From NCBI GenBank assembly GCA_945906305.1, contig CAMDQT010000009.1, positions 1,828 to 65,827 of the forward strand: DNA of 64,000 bases. Direction: 5' to 3'. A program made the position numbers and the translations under genes. The notes beneath the pieces were generated by a model. That model made no database searches and was not told the DNA's origin. It was given only the letters and a program-made list of their open reading frames with translations. Positions 18,098-27,200 of the stretch are shown here, in pieces (within the stretch, counting starts at the first letter, position 1; every line of letters begins with the position of its first letter). Origin of the DNA: Ferrithrix thermotolerans DSM 19514. GTDB taxonomy: Bacteria; Actinomycetota; Acidimicrobiia; Acidimicrobiales; CAIXPF01.

Positions 18098-19801
18098 ATG
18101 CCTGCCGATCCGCCTTGCGGCACTTCCTTCGACGTCGACGTCGCCATCGTCGGCAGCGGCTTCGGCGGTTCGGTCACCGCCATGCGACTGACCGAAAAGG
18201 GCTACCGCGTCGTCGTGTTCGAGGCCGGCCGTCGCTTCAGTGCCGCGGACTACCCCAAATCGAACTGGCAGCTGCGTCGATTTTTGTTCGCCCCCAGACT
18301 CGGCTTGCGGGGCATCCAACGCATGACCCTACTGCGTAACGTGCTGGTGCTTTCCGGTGCCGGCGTGGGCGGCGGGTCCCTCGTGTACGCCAACACCCTG
18401 TACGAACCGTTGGCCGGCTTCTGGCAGGACCCGCAATGGGCCGCCATCACCGACTGGGCCGATGAGCTTGCTCCGCATTACGAACAGGCCCGACGCATGT
18501 TGGGCGCGGCACGCGCCCCAGATGACACGGCCTCCGACGCCGTCATGCGCACCATGGCGGAACGGATGGGCGTCAGCGACACCTACCGGGCGACCGACGT
18601 CGCGGTCTACCTCGGCGAGGCCGGGCGCGAGGTACCCGATCCTTACTTCGGTGGCCTCGGGCCTAGCCGCAGCGGATGTGTGCAGTGCGGCGCATGCATG
18701 GTGGGCTGCCGCCATAACGCCAAGAACTCCCTTGACCGTAATTACCTGCACCTGGCCGAATCCCACGGCGCGCAAGTCCAGCCCAATCGTGAGGTCCTCG
18801 ACCTCATTGCTTTGCCGGGCGGCGGCTACGAAGTGGTGACCGAACGCAGTGGCGCCTGGCTGCGCCGCGACCGACAGTCGGTTCGAGCGGAACAAGTTGT
18901 GATCAGCGCCGGCGTGCTCGGCACCATACGGTTGTTGGCGTCGTTGAAAGAACGCGGCCGCCTGCCCGGCTTGTCCTCGCGCCTCGGGGTGCGAGTGCGC
19001 ACCAACTCCGAGGCCATCTTGGGCGCGCAGACCTTAGGCCGGGTTGGAACCGATTACTCCCAGGGCCTCGCGATCACCTCGTCGATCCATCCCGACTCGC
19101 GTACCCACATCGAACCGGTGCGCTACCCGAAGCGGTCCAACGCCATGGGACTGTTGTCGACGGTATTGGTCGACGGCGGCGGACGCCTGCCCCGACCGCT
19201 GCGCTTCGGCATCGAAGTGGCCCGCCATCCCCTGGCCTTCGCCCGAAGCTTGTCGGTGCGCCACTGGTCGGAACGGACGCTGATCCTGCTGGTCATGCAA
19301 AGCCACGACAACAGCCTCACCCTGCGCTGGCGGGCGCGGCGCAACGGGCGGGTGCGGCTCACCAGCGAGCAGGACGACGCCACCCCGAACCCGACGTACC
19401 TACCGATTGCCAATGAAGCCGCCCGCCTAGCGGCAGAAATCATGGGAGGGGTCCCAGCGAGTTCCATCAATGAGGTCCTGCTCGATGTCCCCGCGACCGC
19501 TCACATCCTCGGTGGGGCCTGCATCGGCGACTCATCCGAGACCGGCGTGGTCGACCCATACCAGCGGGTATTCGGCTGTCCTGGCCTGCACGTGGCCGAC
19601 GCCTCGACGATCAGCGCCAACCTTGGAGTGAATCCGTCGCTGACCATCACCGCGCAGACCGAACGGGCCATGTCGATGTGGCCCCAGCGAGGCGAAACTG
19701 ATGTCCGGCCGCCGCTGGGGGCGACCTATCGTCGCCTTGCACCGTTGCGTCCGACCCGACCAATCGTGCCCGACAACGCCCCCGCCGCGCTGCACTGGTA
19801 G
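18098..19801 (+). CDS. GMC-family FAD oxidoreductase, ChoD-like (putative cholesterol oxidase type)
   Basis: VDVAIVGSGFGGSVTAMRLTEKGYRVVVFEAGRRF and AGVGGGSLVYANT resemble mycobacterial ChoD-type proteins as I recall them. I prefer ATG 18098 to the TTG 18020 of the track ORF. Confidence 0.88.
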   Translation: MPADPPCGTSFDVDVAIVGSGFGGSVTAMRLTEKGYRVVVFEAGRRFSAADYPKSNWQLRRFLFAPRLGLRGIQRMTLLRNVLVLSGAGVGGGSLVYANTLYEPLAGFWQDPQWAAITDWADELAPHYEQARRMLGAARAPDDTASDAVMRTMAERMGVSDTYRATDVAVYLGEAGREVPDPYFGGLGPSRSGCVQCGACMVGCRHNAKNSLDRNYLHLAESHGAQVQPNREVLDLIALPGGGYEVVTERSGAWLRRDRQSVRAEQVVISAGVLGTIRLLASLKERGRLPGLSSRLGVRVRTNSEAILGAQTLGRVGTDYSQGLAITSSIHPDSRTHIEPVRYPKRSNAMGLLSTVLVDGGGRLPRPLRFGIEVARHPLAFARSLSVRHWSERTLILLVMQSHDNSLTLRWRARRNGRVRLTSEQDDATPNPTYLPIANEAARLAAEIMGGVPASSINEVLLDVPATAHILGGACIGDSSETGVVDPYQRVFGCPGLHVADASTISANLGVNPSLTITAQTERAMSMWPQRGETDVRPPLGATYRRLAPLRPTRPIVPDNAPAALHW

Positions 19802-19847
19802 ATCCTCAGCGGTGTTGGGCCACGCGCGGAGCAATGCGTCCGCCAGC

Positions 19848-20753
19848 TCAGCCCTGCAAGGGCAGAACGGCGTCGGCAAGCCACTCCAGTTCGTCATCCC
19901 AGCCTTGGCCGAGCTGCACCGGACGCAGCACGAACTTCGACAATCCGGCGGCGTGGTGACGTTCGAGCAGGTCGACCAGTTCGCCGGCACCGACGGGCAG
20001 GATGTCGCGCACCGCAGTTTCGCCTGCCAGCGGGGCTGCCCCAGGCCGACGCAGCACTGCGGCCACCGCCCGCTCATCGAGTGGCTGACGGGAGTACGGG
20101 ATGGAGATACCGAAGTGCTCGGGGTCTACGGTCCGACCGGCGGCCGCGGCGGCTTCCTCGATGATGAGGCGGCCCTGTTCGGCCTGGGCGGGCGTGGCTC
20201 GGGCGGTGAGCCAGCCATCGGCCACCCGACCCACCCGCAGCAGTGCCTTTGGTCCGATGCCACCGAGCCAGATTTCAAGCGGTTCCTGGATTGGGGTGGG
20301 CTGCAAGGCGATACCGCTGATGTCGAAGCGCTCGGAGTGGTGCTCGACGCTCTCCCCCGCCCACCAACGCCGACACAGCCCGATGACTTCCTCGATGCGC
20401 GCTCCGCGGTCCTCACGCAACACCCCGAGTGCTTCTCGCTCGGCCGGACTCTCCTGACCCGCCACAAAGGACAGTAGGAGCCGACCGCCCGACAGCCGGT
20501 CGAGCTGGGCCAGTTCCTTGGCCAGCATCAGCGGGTTCCGGCCGGGCACCACCACGTTGGCCCCCAACTTCAGCCGCTCGGTCCGCCCCGCGGCCAGAGC
20601 CAGGCCGACCAACGGGTCCACCACCGTCCCCAACGGCACGTCAGACAGCCAGACCGTGTCGAACCCGTACTGCTCGAGTCCGTCGATGAAACGGCAAAAG
20701 GCGATCCGATCGACCATTGCCGTGCCCGGTGCCAACGCGATGCGGACTTTCAT
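19848..20753 (-). CDS. LLM-class F420-dependent oxidoreductase
   Basis: 301 aa from ATG 20753 (MKVRIALAPG). FDTVWLSD, LDRLSGGRLLLSFVAG. Confidence 0.85.
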   Translation of the reverse strand: MKVRIALAPGTAMVDRIAFCRFIDGLEQYGFDTVWLSDVPLGTVVDPLVGLALAAGRTERLKLGANVVVPGRNPLMLAKELAQLDRLSGGRLLLSFVAGQESPAEREALGVLREDRGARIEEVIGLCRRWWAGESVEHHSERFDISGIALQPTPIQEPLEIWLGGIGPKALLRVGRVADGWLTARATPAQAEQGRLIIEEAAAAAGRTVDPEHFGISIPYSRQPLDERAVAAVLRRPGAAPLAGETAVRDILPVGAGELVDLLERHHAAGLSKFVLRPVQLGQGWDDELEWLADAVLPLQG

Positions 20754-20995
20754 GCTCCCCAGAATTTCATGCTGCGCTCCTGAGCGGTGCGGCTGGTCGA
20801 CCCGCCGGGCCGGTGTCGGGTGGAGGCCATCTCCCGCATCATCGCCCACTTGGACCCCTCGTCGGCAATCCCCTTGCCGCCCATCGTTTCCGCATCTAGT
20901 TTTTGGACCACAACGATTAGCCCGATGTAGTCGGGGCCGTGGCGCAACCGTGCTGCGAAGGCCCCTTGTCCCGCTCGACGAACAGGACCGCGGCC

Positions 20996-21547
20996 ATGAG
21001 TACCGAGCCTTCGGGCACTCTGAACACCACCGAGCGGACCGGCCCGAAGTCGGCGCTGACGGCCTGGATGGTCTTTCCCAATCCGGTCAATGAGGTCGCC
21101 GCCCGTTGCGTCGCGGGCGGGGTGGCCATCACCGCGTTGGTTGCCGTGATCGGCGGGCAGCCATGGCTGGCCATTCCGCTGGCCTACGGCTTCGTCGCCC
21201 GAGTCCTGGCGGGGCCGCGTTTGAGTCCGTGGGCTCGTTTCGTCACCGCGGTGATCGTCCCGCGTCTCGGGTTCGAGGAGCGCCCCGTGGCCGGCTCCCC
21301 GAAGCGCTTCGCCCAGGGTATTGGCGCCGTGCTCACACTCAGCGCCGCCGCCGCCTACCTGGGTTTCGGCGCGACCACACTGGCCCTGGTACTCCTGGCC
21401 ATGGTGGCCTTCGCCGCCACGCTGGAAGCGGTCTTCGCCTTCTGCATTGGCTGCGAGCTATTTGCCTTGCTCATCCGAGCCCATCTCTTACCCGAGCGGG
21501 TGTGCCTGGCCTGCTCCGATCTCACGGTGCGCGCCCCCCGCCGCTAG
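20996..21547 (+). CDS. DUF4395-like membrane protein
   Basis: 183 aa from ATG 20996 (AGGA 10 nt upstream). NPVNEVAAR, several TM helices, C-terminal CIGCELF and CLAC cysteines. Confidence 0.6.
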   Translation: MSTEPSGTLNTTERTGPKSALTAWMVFPNPVNEVAARCVAGGVAITALVAVIGGQPWLAIPLAYGFVARVLAGPRLSPWARFVTAVIVPRLGFEERPVAGSPKRFAQGIGAVLTLSAAAAYLGFGATTLALVLLAMVAFAATLEAVFAFCIGCELFALLIRAHLLPERVCLACSDLTVRAPRR

Positions 21548-21576
21548 GTACCCAACGGCTGGTTGGCGCCAAGCGC

Positions 21577-22485
21577 TCAGCCCCGGTTCAGGCCCGCAAA
21601 GACCTCGAACCCGTCGAGGTAGCCAGGCTCGCACAGTTCGGCTCGGGGCAACCAGCGGGCCAGTTCCGCCCGGATGGGCTCGACGTCGGTGGCAATCGAG
21701 AAACCCGGCAACCAGTTGTCGTGGTGGGACAGGATCACCCGTGCCGGTTTCAGCAGCGCCGCCTGGCGGGCCACGAACTGCGCGAGGGAGCCCTGGATGG
21801 GCTCGCCGTCGACATTGCCCCGCCCTGCGGCGGCGATAATGGCCACGTCGGGCCGCAGGTCGGCCACGATGCCCGACCAGTGCCCCGACGTGTCCTGGTA
21901 CAGCAAGGACCCTTCAGGTGTGTCGAACAAGAACACCAGCGTGTGTCCGTCGCCGCGGGGACCTTGGGCCGAGGCCTTGAGGTGTGCCCGGGTGTCATCG
22001 CCGAGCGTGGCGATGTAGGAGAAGAGGCCAGCCATACGGGACTGGCGTTCCTGGTAGGGGACAAAAAGGTCACCGAGGCAGACCTCGTCCACGGGATGCA
22101 TGCCTTGGTGGGACCACACACAGGAGTGCAGGCTCGGGTAGACCGACACGAAGATGCCCGCCGCGAGCTCGATCCGTTCACCGCCCGCAACCGGCATCAG
22201 CTGCGCCATCGGTACCCCTGCCGCCTCCATCACCCGCACTGTCTCGTGGGATCCGATGATGGTGGCCCCCGTCCGCGCCGCAATGCGTTCGGCCCCCCAC
22301 AGATGGTCGAAATGAGAATGGCCGACCACGATCCAGTCGGCCCGGTCGATGTCCTCGGCCCGTACCGCAGGGTTGGGACCTGCTGCTTCGGGCACACGAT
22401 CGATGTAAGCGTCGAGGAACACCACGACGTCGCCGATGCTCAGCCGGTAGGTGGCACAGCCGTACCAGTCCAGTGTTGCCGTCAT
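21577..22485 (-). CDS. MBL-fold metallo-hydrolase
   Basis: 302 aa. HSHFDH zinc-binding motif and later LSHHDN. Confidence 0.8.
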   Translation of the reverse strand: MTATLDWYGCATYRLSIGDVVVFLDAYIDRVPEAAGPNPAVRAEDIDRADWIVVGHSHFDHLWGAERIAARTGATIIGSHETVRVMEAAGVPMAQLMPVAGGERIELAAGIFVSVYPSLHSCVWSHQGMHPVDEVCLGDLFVPYQERQSRMAGLFSYIATLGDDTRAHLKASAQGPRGDGHTLVFLFDTPEGSLLYQDTSGHWSGIVADLRPDVAIIAAAGRGNVDGEPIQGSLAQFVARQAALLKPARVILSHHDNWLPGFSIATDVEPIRAELARWLPRAELCEPGYLDGFEVFAGLNRG

Positions 22486-22550
22486 GGGCGAGACCCTATC
22501 GGCCCCAACGTCGCGACAAACAGCCTGCCCTACCGCTCGACGGCCTCTTA

Positions 22551-22566
22551 TGTGATACTTGTCACA
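22551..22566. promoter_or_regulatory. CRP/FNR-type palindrome TGTGA-N6-TCACA
   Basis: TGTGATACTTGTCACA read directly, in an AT-richer patch of the 111-bp divergent intergenic region. Its centre is about 38 nt upstream of the SBP ATG (22597) and about 73 nt upstream of the MBL hydrolase ATG (22485). Confidence 0.45.
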
Positions 22567-22596
22567 CTTAGTGACTCATTCAGCTAAAGGGGCGAG

Positions 22597-24213
22597 ATGA
22601 CAAGATCCAAATTCGGGGTGTTGGGTGGAGCAGGCGTGGTACTTGCGCTCCTCGCCAGCGCATGTGGGGGTAGTGGTGGCGACGACGCAACCGATGGCAC
22701 GATCGACGCCGGGGTCAAGGACGGCGTGAATGCGGCCATGAACGCGACCAGCACCAGCGCCGGGGGCAGCGCGACCACGGTCGCCGCGGCCAAGTACCCC
22801 ACCACGATGGATGAGTGGCAAGCACGCTGGAAGTCCGAGCGAGACGCATCGGTCAAGAAGATCAAGGCGGGCAAGTTCGGCATCTCTGCTGACGGCAAGT
22901 CGGTCCTGATGAGCGACGGCTACACGGTTGATCTCACCAAGTGCCCCTCTGGCTGGAACAACACCGAGGGCCTCAGCGACACCGAGATCAAGATCGGCCA
23001 CACCACCGCCCTGTCCGGCACCCTTGCGGTGTACGGCCAGATCGCGCACGGCTGGCAGTACTACATCAACGAGATCAATGCCGGAGGCGGCATCAAAGAC
23101 ACGGCGGGCAAGACCCGCAAGATCAACCTGATCTTCAAAGACGATGGTTACGACTCGGCTCGTACCATTCCTCTGGTCGACGAGTTGATCGACTCCGAGA
23201 AGGTGTTCATGGTGATCACCCTCGGTTCGCCCAACACCATGAAGACCTACGACAAACTCAACCAGCGCTGCATCCCACAGCCGTTGGTCATGACGGGCCA
23301 TCCGGCGTGGGGTGACCCCATCAACCACCCGTGGACGACGGGCGAGCAACTCGCCTACAACACCGAAGCCGTTCTGTGGGGTGGGTTCATCGAGAAGAAC
23401 GCCGCGGAACTCAAGAAGAAGGACGGCAAGATCACCGTCGCCGGTCTGGTCATGAACAACGACTTCGGTCGGGCCTATGACGGCGGTTTCAAAGCCTGGC
23501 TCGCCCAGTCGCCCATGAAGGCCGACATCGAGTACTTCACGGAGATCATCGAGCCTTCGGCTCCCACGATCACTGATGCCATGACCACCCTCGCGTCGAA
23601 GAACCCTGAGATCTTCATCGCGGAGACCGCTGGCACCTCCTGCACCCAGGCCGTCACCGAGGCGGCGCAGAACGGACTCAAGGAAAAGGCGCTGTACGTC
23701 TTCCAGCCCTCGGTGTGCAAGGCCAACTCCTTCATGGGCAAAGACAAGGTCGGCGGCGACGGCAAGGCGTCGGATGGCTGGTGGGTCGTGGGCGGAGGCA
23801 CCAAGGCCTTGGAGGCGCAATCCTTCGACGCCGACATCTGGGCCATGGAGTGCCGCAAGCGCTTGGAGAAGAACAGCATCGACTGGGTCAAGAACCCGGC
23901 GTACATGAGCGGCGCCTGCCGTTGGGGATGGAGCACCGAGCAGGTCTTCCGGATCGCATCGGAACTTGACGGTGGCCTCACCCGAGTCAACCTGATGGTC
24001 GCGCTTCGCAACTTCGATCTGACCGCGCCGTACCTGCTCCAAGGAGCCAAGTTCAACCTCAGCGGCAACAAAGACGCCTACCTGACCGAGGCGTCGGAGT
24101 TCGGCAAGTACGACTACCTCAAGCAATCCTTCATCCAGCAGGGCGATCTCATCGAACTGTCCGGCAAGTCGAAGAACTGCGCGTGGAACCAGCAAACCGG
24201 CAACTGCGGCTAA
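22597..24213 (+). CDS. ABC-transporter solute-binding lipoprotein (Leu/Ile/Val-binding, Peripla_BP_6-like)
   Basis: 538 aa. Signal peptide with lipobox LLASAC followed by a GGSGGDD linker. KIGHTTALSGTLAVYG is typical of branched-chain/amide-type SBPs. SD AAAGGGG upstream. Confidence 0.85.
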   Translation: MTRSKFGVLGGAGVVLALLASACGGSGGDDATDGTIDAGVKDGVNAAMNATSTSAGGSATTVAAAKYPTTMDEWQARWKSERDASVKKIKAGKFGISADGKSVLMSDGYTVDLTKCPSGWNNTEGLSDTEIKIGHTTALSGTLAVYGQIAHGWQYYINEINAGGGIKDTAGKTRKINLIFKDDGYDSARTIPLVDELIDSEKVFMVITLGSPNTMKTYDKLNQRCIPQPLVMTGHPAWGDPINHPWTTGEQLAYNTEAVLWGGFIEKNAAELKKKDGKITVAGLVMNNDFGRAYDGGFKAWLAQSPMKADIEYFTEIIEPSAPTITDAMTTLASKNPEIFIAETAGTSCTQAVTEAAQNGLKEKALYVFQPSVCKANSFMGKDKVGGDGKASDGWWVVGGGTKALEAQSFDADIWAMECRKRLEKNSIDWVKNPAYMSGACRWGWSTEQVFRIASELDGGLTRVNLMVALRNFDLTAPYLLQGAKFNLSGNKDAYLTEASEFGKYDYLKQSFIQQGDLIELSGKSKNCAWNQQTGNCG

Positions 24214-24235
24214 CCGATAGCTGCGGCTAGTTTGT

Positions 24236-24279
24236 CTCGGTGCGGGGGCGTCTAAGGCGCCCCCGCACCGAGCGTTTTG
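24236..24279 (+). terminator. Rho-independent terminator
   Basis: 15-bp perfect stem CTCGGTGCGGGGGCG / CGCCCCCGCACCGAG, 7-nt loop, then CGTTTTGGGG. Begins 23 nt after the SBP stop. Confidence 0.7.
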
Positions 24280-24297
24280 GGGAAAGGTAAAAGAGCC

Positions 24298-25311
24298 ATG
24301 AAGGTGGACGGAGGGCCCGGCACCAAGGCCCCACTCGAGGCAATCGGCCCGGCGAGCGCGGCAGCAGAACGCGACGGCTATGACGGCGTGTTCGTGCCGG
24401 AAACAATCCACGATCCTTTCGTGGTCCTCACCCTCGCCACCCAGGCCACCGCGCAGGTCGAAGTGGGCACCAAGGTGGCAGTCGCCTTCGCTCGTAGCCC
24501 CATGGCCCTCGCCTACACCGCCAATGACCTGCAGCAACTCTCCGCTGGCCGGTTGGTGTTGGGCGTCGGCACGCAGGTACGGGCACACATCGTGCGCCGC
24601 TTCGCCATGCCGTGGAGCCGACCTGCAGCTCGGATGCGGGAGTACGTGCTGGCCATGCGGGCGATCTGGGACGCCTGGAACAACGCCACCTCGCTCGATT
24701 TCCGGGGCGAGTTTTACACCCACACCCTGATGAACCCGCTTTTCTGCCCACCGCCGAACCCGTATGGACCGCCGGCGGTGATGATGGCCGGGGTTGGACC
24801 CCGCATGATCGAGGCGGCCGGGGAGGTGGCCGACCGATTCGCCTGCCACAGCTTCACCAGCCCCGCCTACCTCACCGAGGTCATAAGGCCCAGTCTGGCG
24901 GCGGGGGCGGCGAAGGTCGGCCGCAACGCGGCTGAACTCGAAGTGGCCATCACCTGCTACATCGCCACTGGCAACACCAAGGCCGAGATCGACGAGGCGG
25001 CCACTCAGATGCGCCGTCAGATCGCCTTCTACGGCTCGACCCCGGCCTATACGTCCGTGCTCGACCACCACGGCTTTGGCGGGTTGCACGAGGGCCTGCT
25101 GAGCATGTCGCGCCGCGGCGAATGGGAAGCCATGGGTGAACGGATCACCGACGACGTGCTCCACACCTACTGCGTGGTGGCCCCACCAGACCAAGTCGCG
25201 GGCGAAATCCTGCGCCGCTACTCAAAGCTGGCGGACCGGGTGTCGTTCTATTACCTCGGCCCCGCCTCCATCGACTGGAAGCCCATCGTCGCCGAACTTC
25301 AGGCGGGCTGA
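24298..25311 (+). CDS. LLM-class F420-dependent oxidoreductase (paralog of 39060-40109)
   Basis: 337 aa from ATG 24298 (GAAAGG upstream). GVGTQVRAHIVRRF, REYVLAMRAIW, RQIAFYGSTPAY are shared with the 39060 paralog. Confidence 0.85.
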   Translation: MKVDGGPGTKAPLEAIGPASAAAERDGYDGVFVPETIHDPFVVLTLATQATAQVEVGTKVAVAFARSPMALAYTANDLQQLSAGRLVLGVGTQVRAHIVRRFAMPWSRPAARMREYVLAMRAIWDAWNNATSLDFRGEFYTHTLMNPLFCPPPNPYGPPAVMMAGVGPRMIEAAGEVADRFACHSFTSPAYLTEVIRPSLAAGAAKVGRNAAELEVAITCYIATGNTKAEIDEAATQMRRQIAFYGSTPAYTSVLDHHGFGGLHEGLLSMSRRGEWEAMGERITDDVLHTYCVVAPPDQVAGEILRRYSKLADRVSFYYLGPASIDWKPIVAELQAG

Positions 25312-25391
25312 CCGCGCATCGGCCATCGGACATCGGCCCGCGCTCGGCGTTCACCGGCCCGCCGCGGGTCGGCGCAAAGCGCTAGGTTGCC

Positions 25392-26306
25392 GTGCCTGCC
25401 AGCATGAACACGGGGGCCCACGTGAGTTCAGCGACGCGACACGAGAACATCGTCGAGGAAGCCGACGCCGCGACGTGGGTTAGCGACGGCATGATCCTCG
25501 CCATCGGCGATCCCGCCCCCATGGCGATGATCCGCCAGATCATCCGCCGGGGAGTGAAAGAGCTCACCGTCGTAGGCAGCGGTTTAGCGCTCGACCTGCT
25601 CATCGCCGCTGGTTGCGTGCGCCGTACCATGGCGTACTACGTCGGTGGTGGGTCCGGTGGTGCGGTGGCGCCGTCGTTCCGACGAGCGGCGGAACAAGGC
25701 GAGATCGAGGTATGGGAATGTGAGGAAGGCATCCTCACTACGGGACTGCGGGCCGCCGCACAAGGTCTACCGTTCCTGCCCTGGCGAGGTGGCGTCGGTA
25801 CCTCCCTACCCGAGGTCAACCCCGATCTGAAGGTGATCGTCGACCCCATCAAGGGCCAGACCCTCATCGCCGTGCCAGCCATCGAGCCCGATGTGGCCAT
25901 CCTGCACGCCGCGGTGTCCGACGCCTACGGCAACGTTCAGCACTGCGGTGGGCCGGGCTGGCTCGACCTGTTCCTGCAACGGGCCGCAGACCGCACCATC
26001 GTGCAGGTCGAAAAGATCATCTCCAACGAGGAGATCCGCGCCAATCCCTGGGCCACCACCATCGCCCGGGCCGATGCTGTGGTGCGCGCCCCCTACGGTG
26101 CCCACCCTTTCTATAGCCGTGGCTACTACGTGCAGGATCGGGCCTTCACCAGGCTCTACGTCGAGGCGGCCAGCGCCGCAGCTTCGAGCGAGGATCGCAG
26201 TCTGCTCGACCACTTCCTCGCCCGTTACGTCTACGAACCACAAACCCACGGCGACTACCTCGAAGCAGTCGGCGTGAAGCAACTCATCGCGCTGTATGAG
26301 TACTGA
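25392..26306 (+). CDS. Class I CoA-transferase-like alpha subunit (GctA/IpdA-like)
   Basis: 304 aa. ECEEGILTTGLRAAAQGLPFLPWRGGVGTSL segment. Start is GTG 25392 or ATG 25404. Confidence 0.8.
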   Translation: MPASMNTGAHVSSATRHENIVEEADAATWVSDGMILAIGDPAPMAMIRQIIRRGVKELTVVGSGLALDLLIAAGCVRRTMAYYVGGGSGGAVAPSFRRAAEQGEIEVWECEEGILTTGLRAAAQGLPFLPWRGGVGTSLPEVNPDLKVIVDPIKGQTLIAVPAIEPDVAILHAAVSDAYGNVQHCGGPGWLDLFLQRAADRTIVQVEKIISNEEIRANPWATTIARADAVVRAPYGAHPFYSRGYYVQDRAFTRLYVEAASAAASSEDRSLLDHFLARYVYEPQTHGDYLEAVGVKQLIALYEY

Positions 26307-27153
26307 GAGGGCTGAACCCGACATGGCCAACGACAACGCAGCCGAAGGTCAATCCGGGCCGTTCGATCCCACCACCGCCAGCCGCCAGGAGATCATGGCC
26401 ACGTTCCTGGCCAATGACCTGGAGGACGGCGAGATTCTGCAGATCGGCGCGGCCATGCCCGTGGGCGAGGTCGCCGTGAGGCTGGCCCATTTCTCCCACG
26501 GGCCCAACATGGAGTTGATCTTCATCGGCGCCCGCATGAACGCCGCCCATCTCGACGTGCTGCCCACCCCCGAGTTCGGCTGGGATCGACGCACTGTTCG
26601 CTGGGCGGAGTCCTATAGCGATACCGGTCACCGCTTCGACCGCGTCAAGGACTGGCACCGCCGGGTGTTTTTCGTTGGCGGCGTCCAGGTTGACCCTTAC
26701 GGCAACACCAATCTCATCGGCGTCGGAGATGACCACCGCCGCTTGCGGTTCCGCGGGCCGGGGTCGGTGGGTACCTCGACGCTGGCGACGTTGGTCGGGC
26801 GCTACCACATCGTGCTGAACTCCCACACCGCTCGGACCTTCGTGCCGCGCTGCGATTTCGTCAGCGCCTACGGTTGGGGCCAAGGCGGAGCCGACGCCCG
26901 TACCAAGCTCGGCCTGCCCGGCGGCGGACCGAAGTACTGCGTGACCCCGCTCGGCGTCATGGACTTCGCGCCCGACACCAAGCGGATGCGCTTGCGGTCG
27001 CGCCATCCCGGGGTCAGCGTCGAGGAGATACAGGCCAACACCGGCTTCGACCTCGACGTTGGGCGCGAGGTGCCAACGACCCCGCTGCCCACCCCCGCCC
27101 AGCTCGAGATCATCCGTACCAGGGCCGACCGGCGAGGCGCCCTGCGCCACTGA
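26296..27153 (+). CDS. Class I CoA-transferase-like beta subunit (GctB/IpdB-like)
   Basis: 285 aa. GGVQVDPYGNTNLIG motif. ATG overlaps the alpha-subunit stop (ATGAGTACTGA), which suggests translational coupling. Confidence 0.8.
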   Translation: MSTERAEPDMANDNAAEGQSGPFDPTTASRQEIMATFLANDLEDGEILQIGAAMPVGEVAVRLAHFSHGPNMELIFIGARMNAAHLDVLPTPEFGWDRRTVRWAESYSDTGHRFDRVKDWHRRVFFVGGVQVDPYGNTNLIGVGDDHRRLRFRGPGSVGTSTLATLVGRYHIVLNSHTARTFVPRCDFVSAYGWGQGGADARTKLGLPGGGPKYCVTPLGVMDFAPDTKRMRLRSRHPGVSVEEIQANTGFDLDVGREVPTTPLPTPAQLEIIRTRADRRGALRH

Positions 27154-27200
27154 CCGGCGAATCGCCACGCCCAACCCGACCAAACATCGAAAGGACCACC

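Noticed and set aside
22576-25194. 872-aa minus-strand ORF, the longest in the track
   Set aside because: It is antisense to two strongly supported plus-strand genes (the SBP with lipobox, and the LLM oxidoreductase). Its Gly/Ala/Arg/Val/His-rich composition has no recognisable domain. This is a typical high-GC shadow ORF.
26296-27153. Claim that the class I beta subunit lacks the catalytic Glu and is therefore an IpdAB-type hydrolase
   Set aside because: On re-alignment by eye, a Glu (NMELIFIG) lines up gaplessly with the SENG glutamate of AtoA-type beta subunits. The hydrolase-versus-transferase question therefore stays open and is not asserted.
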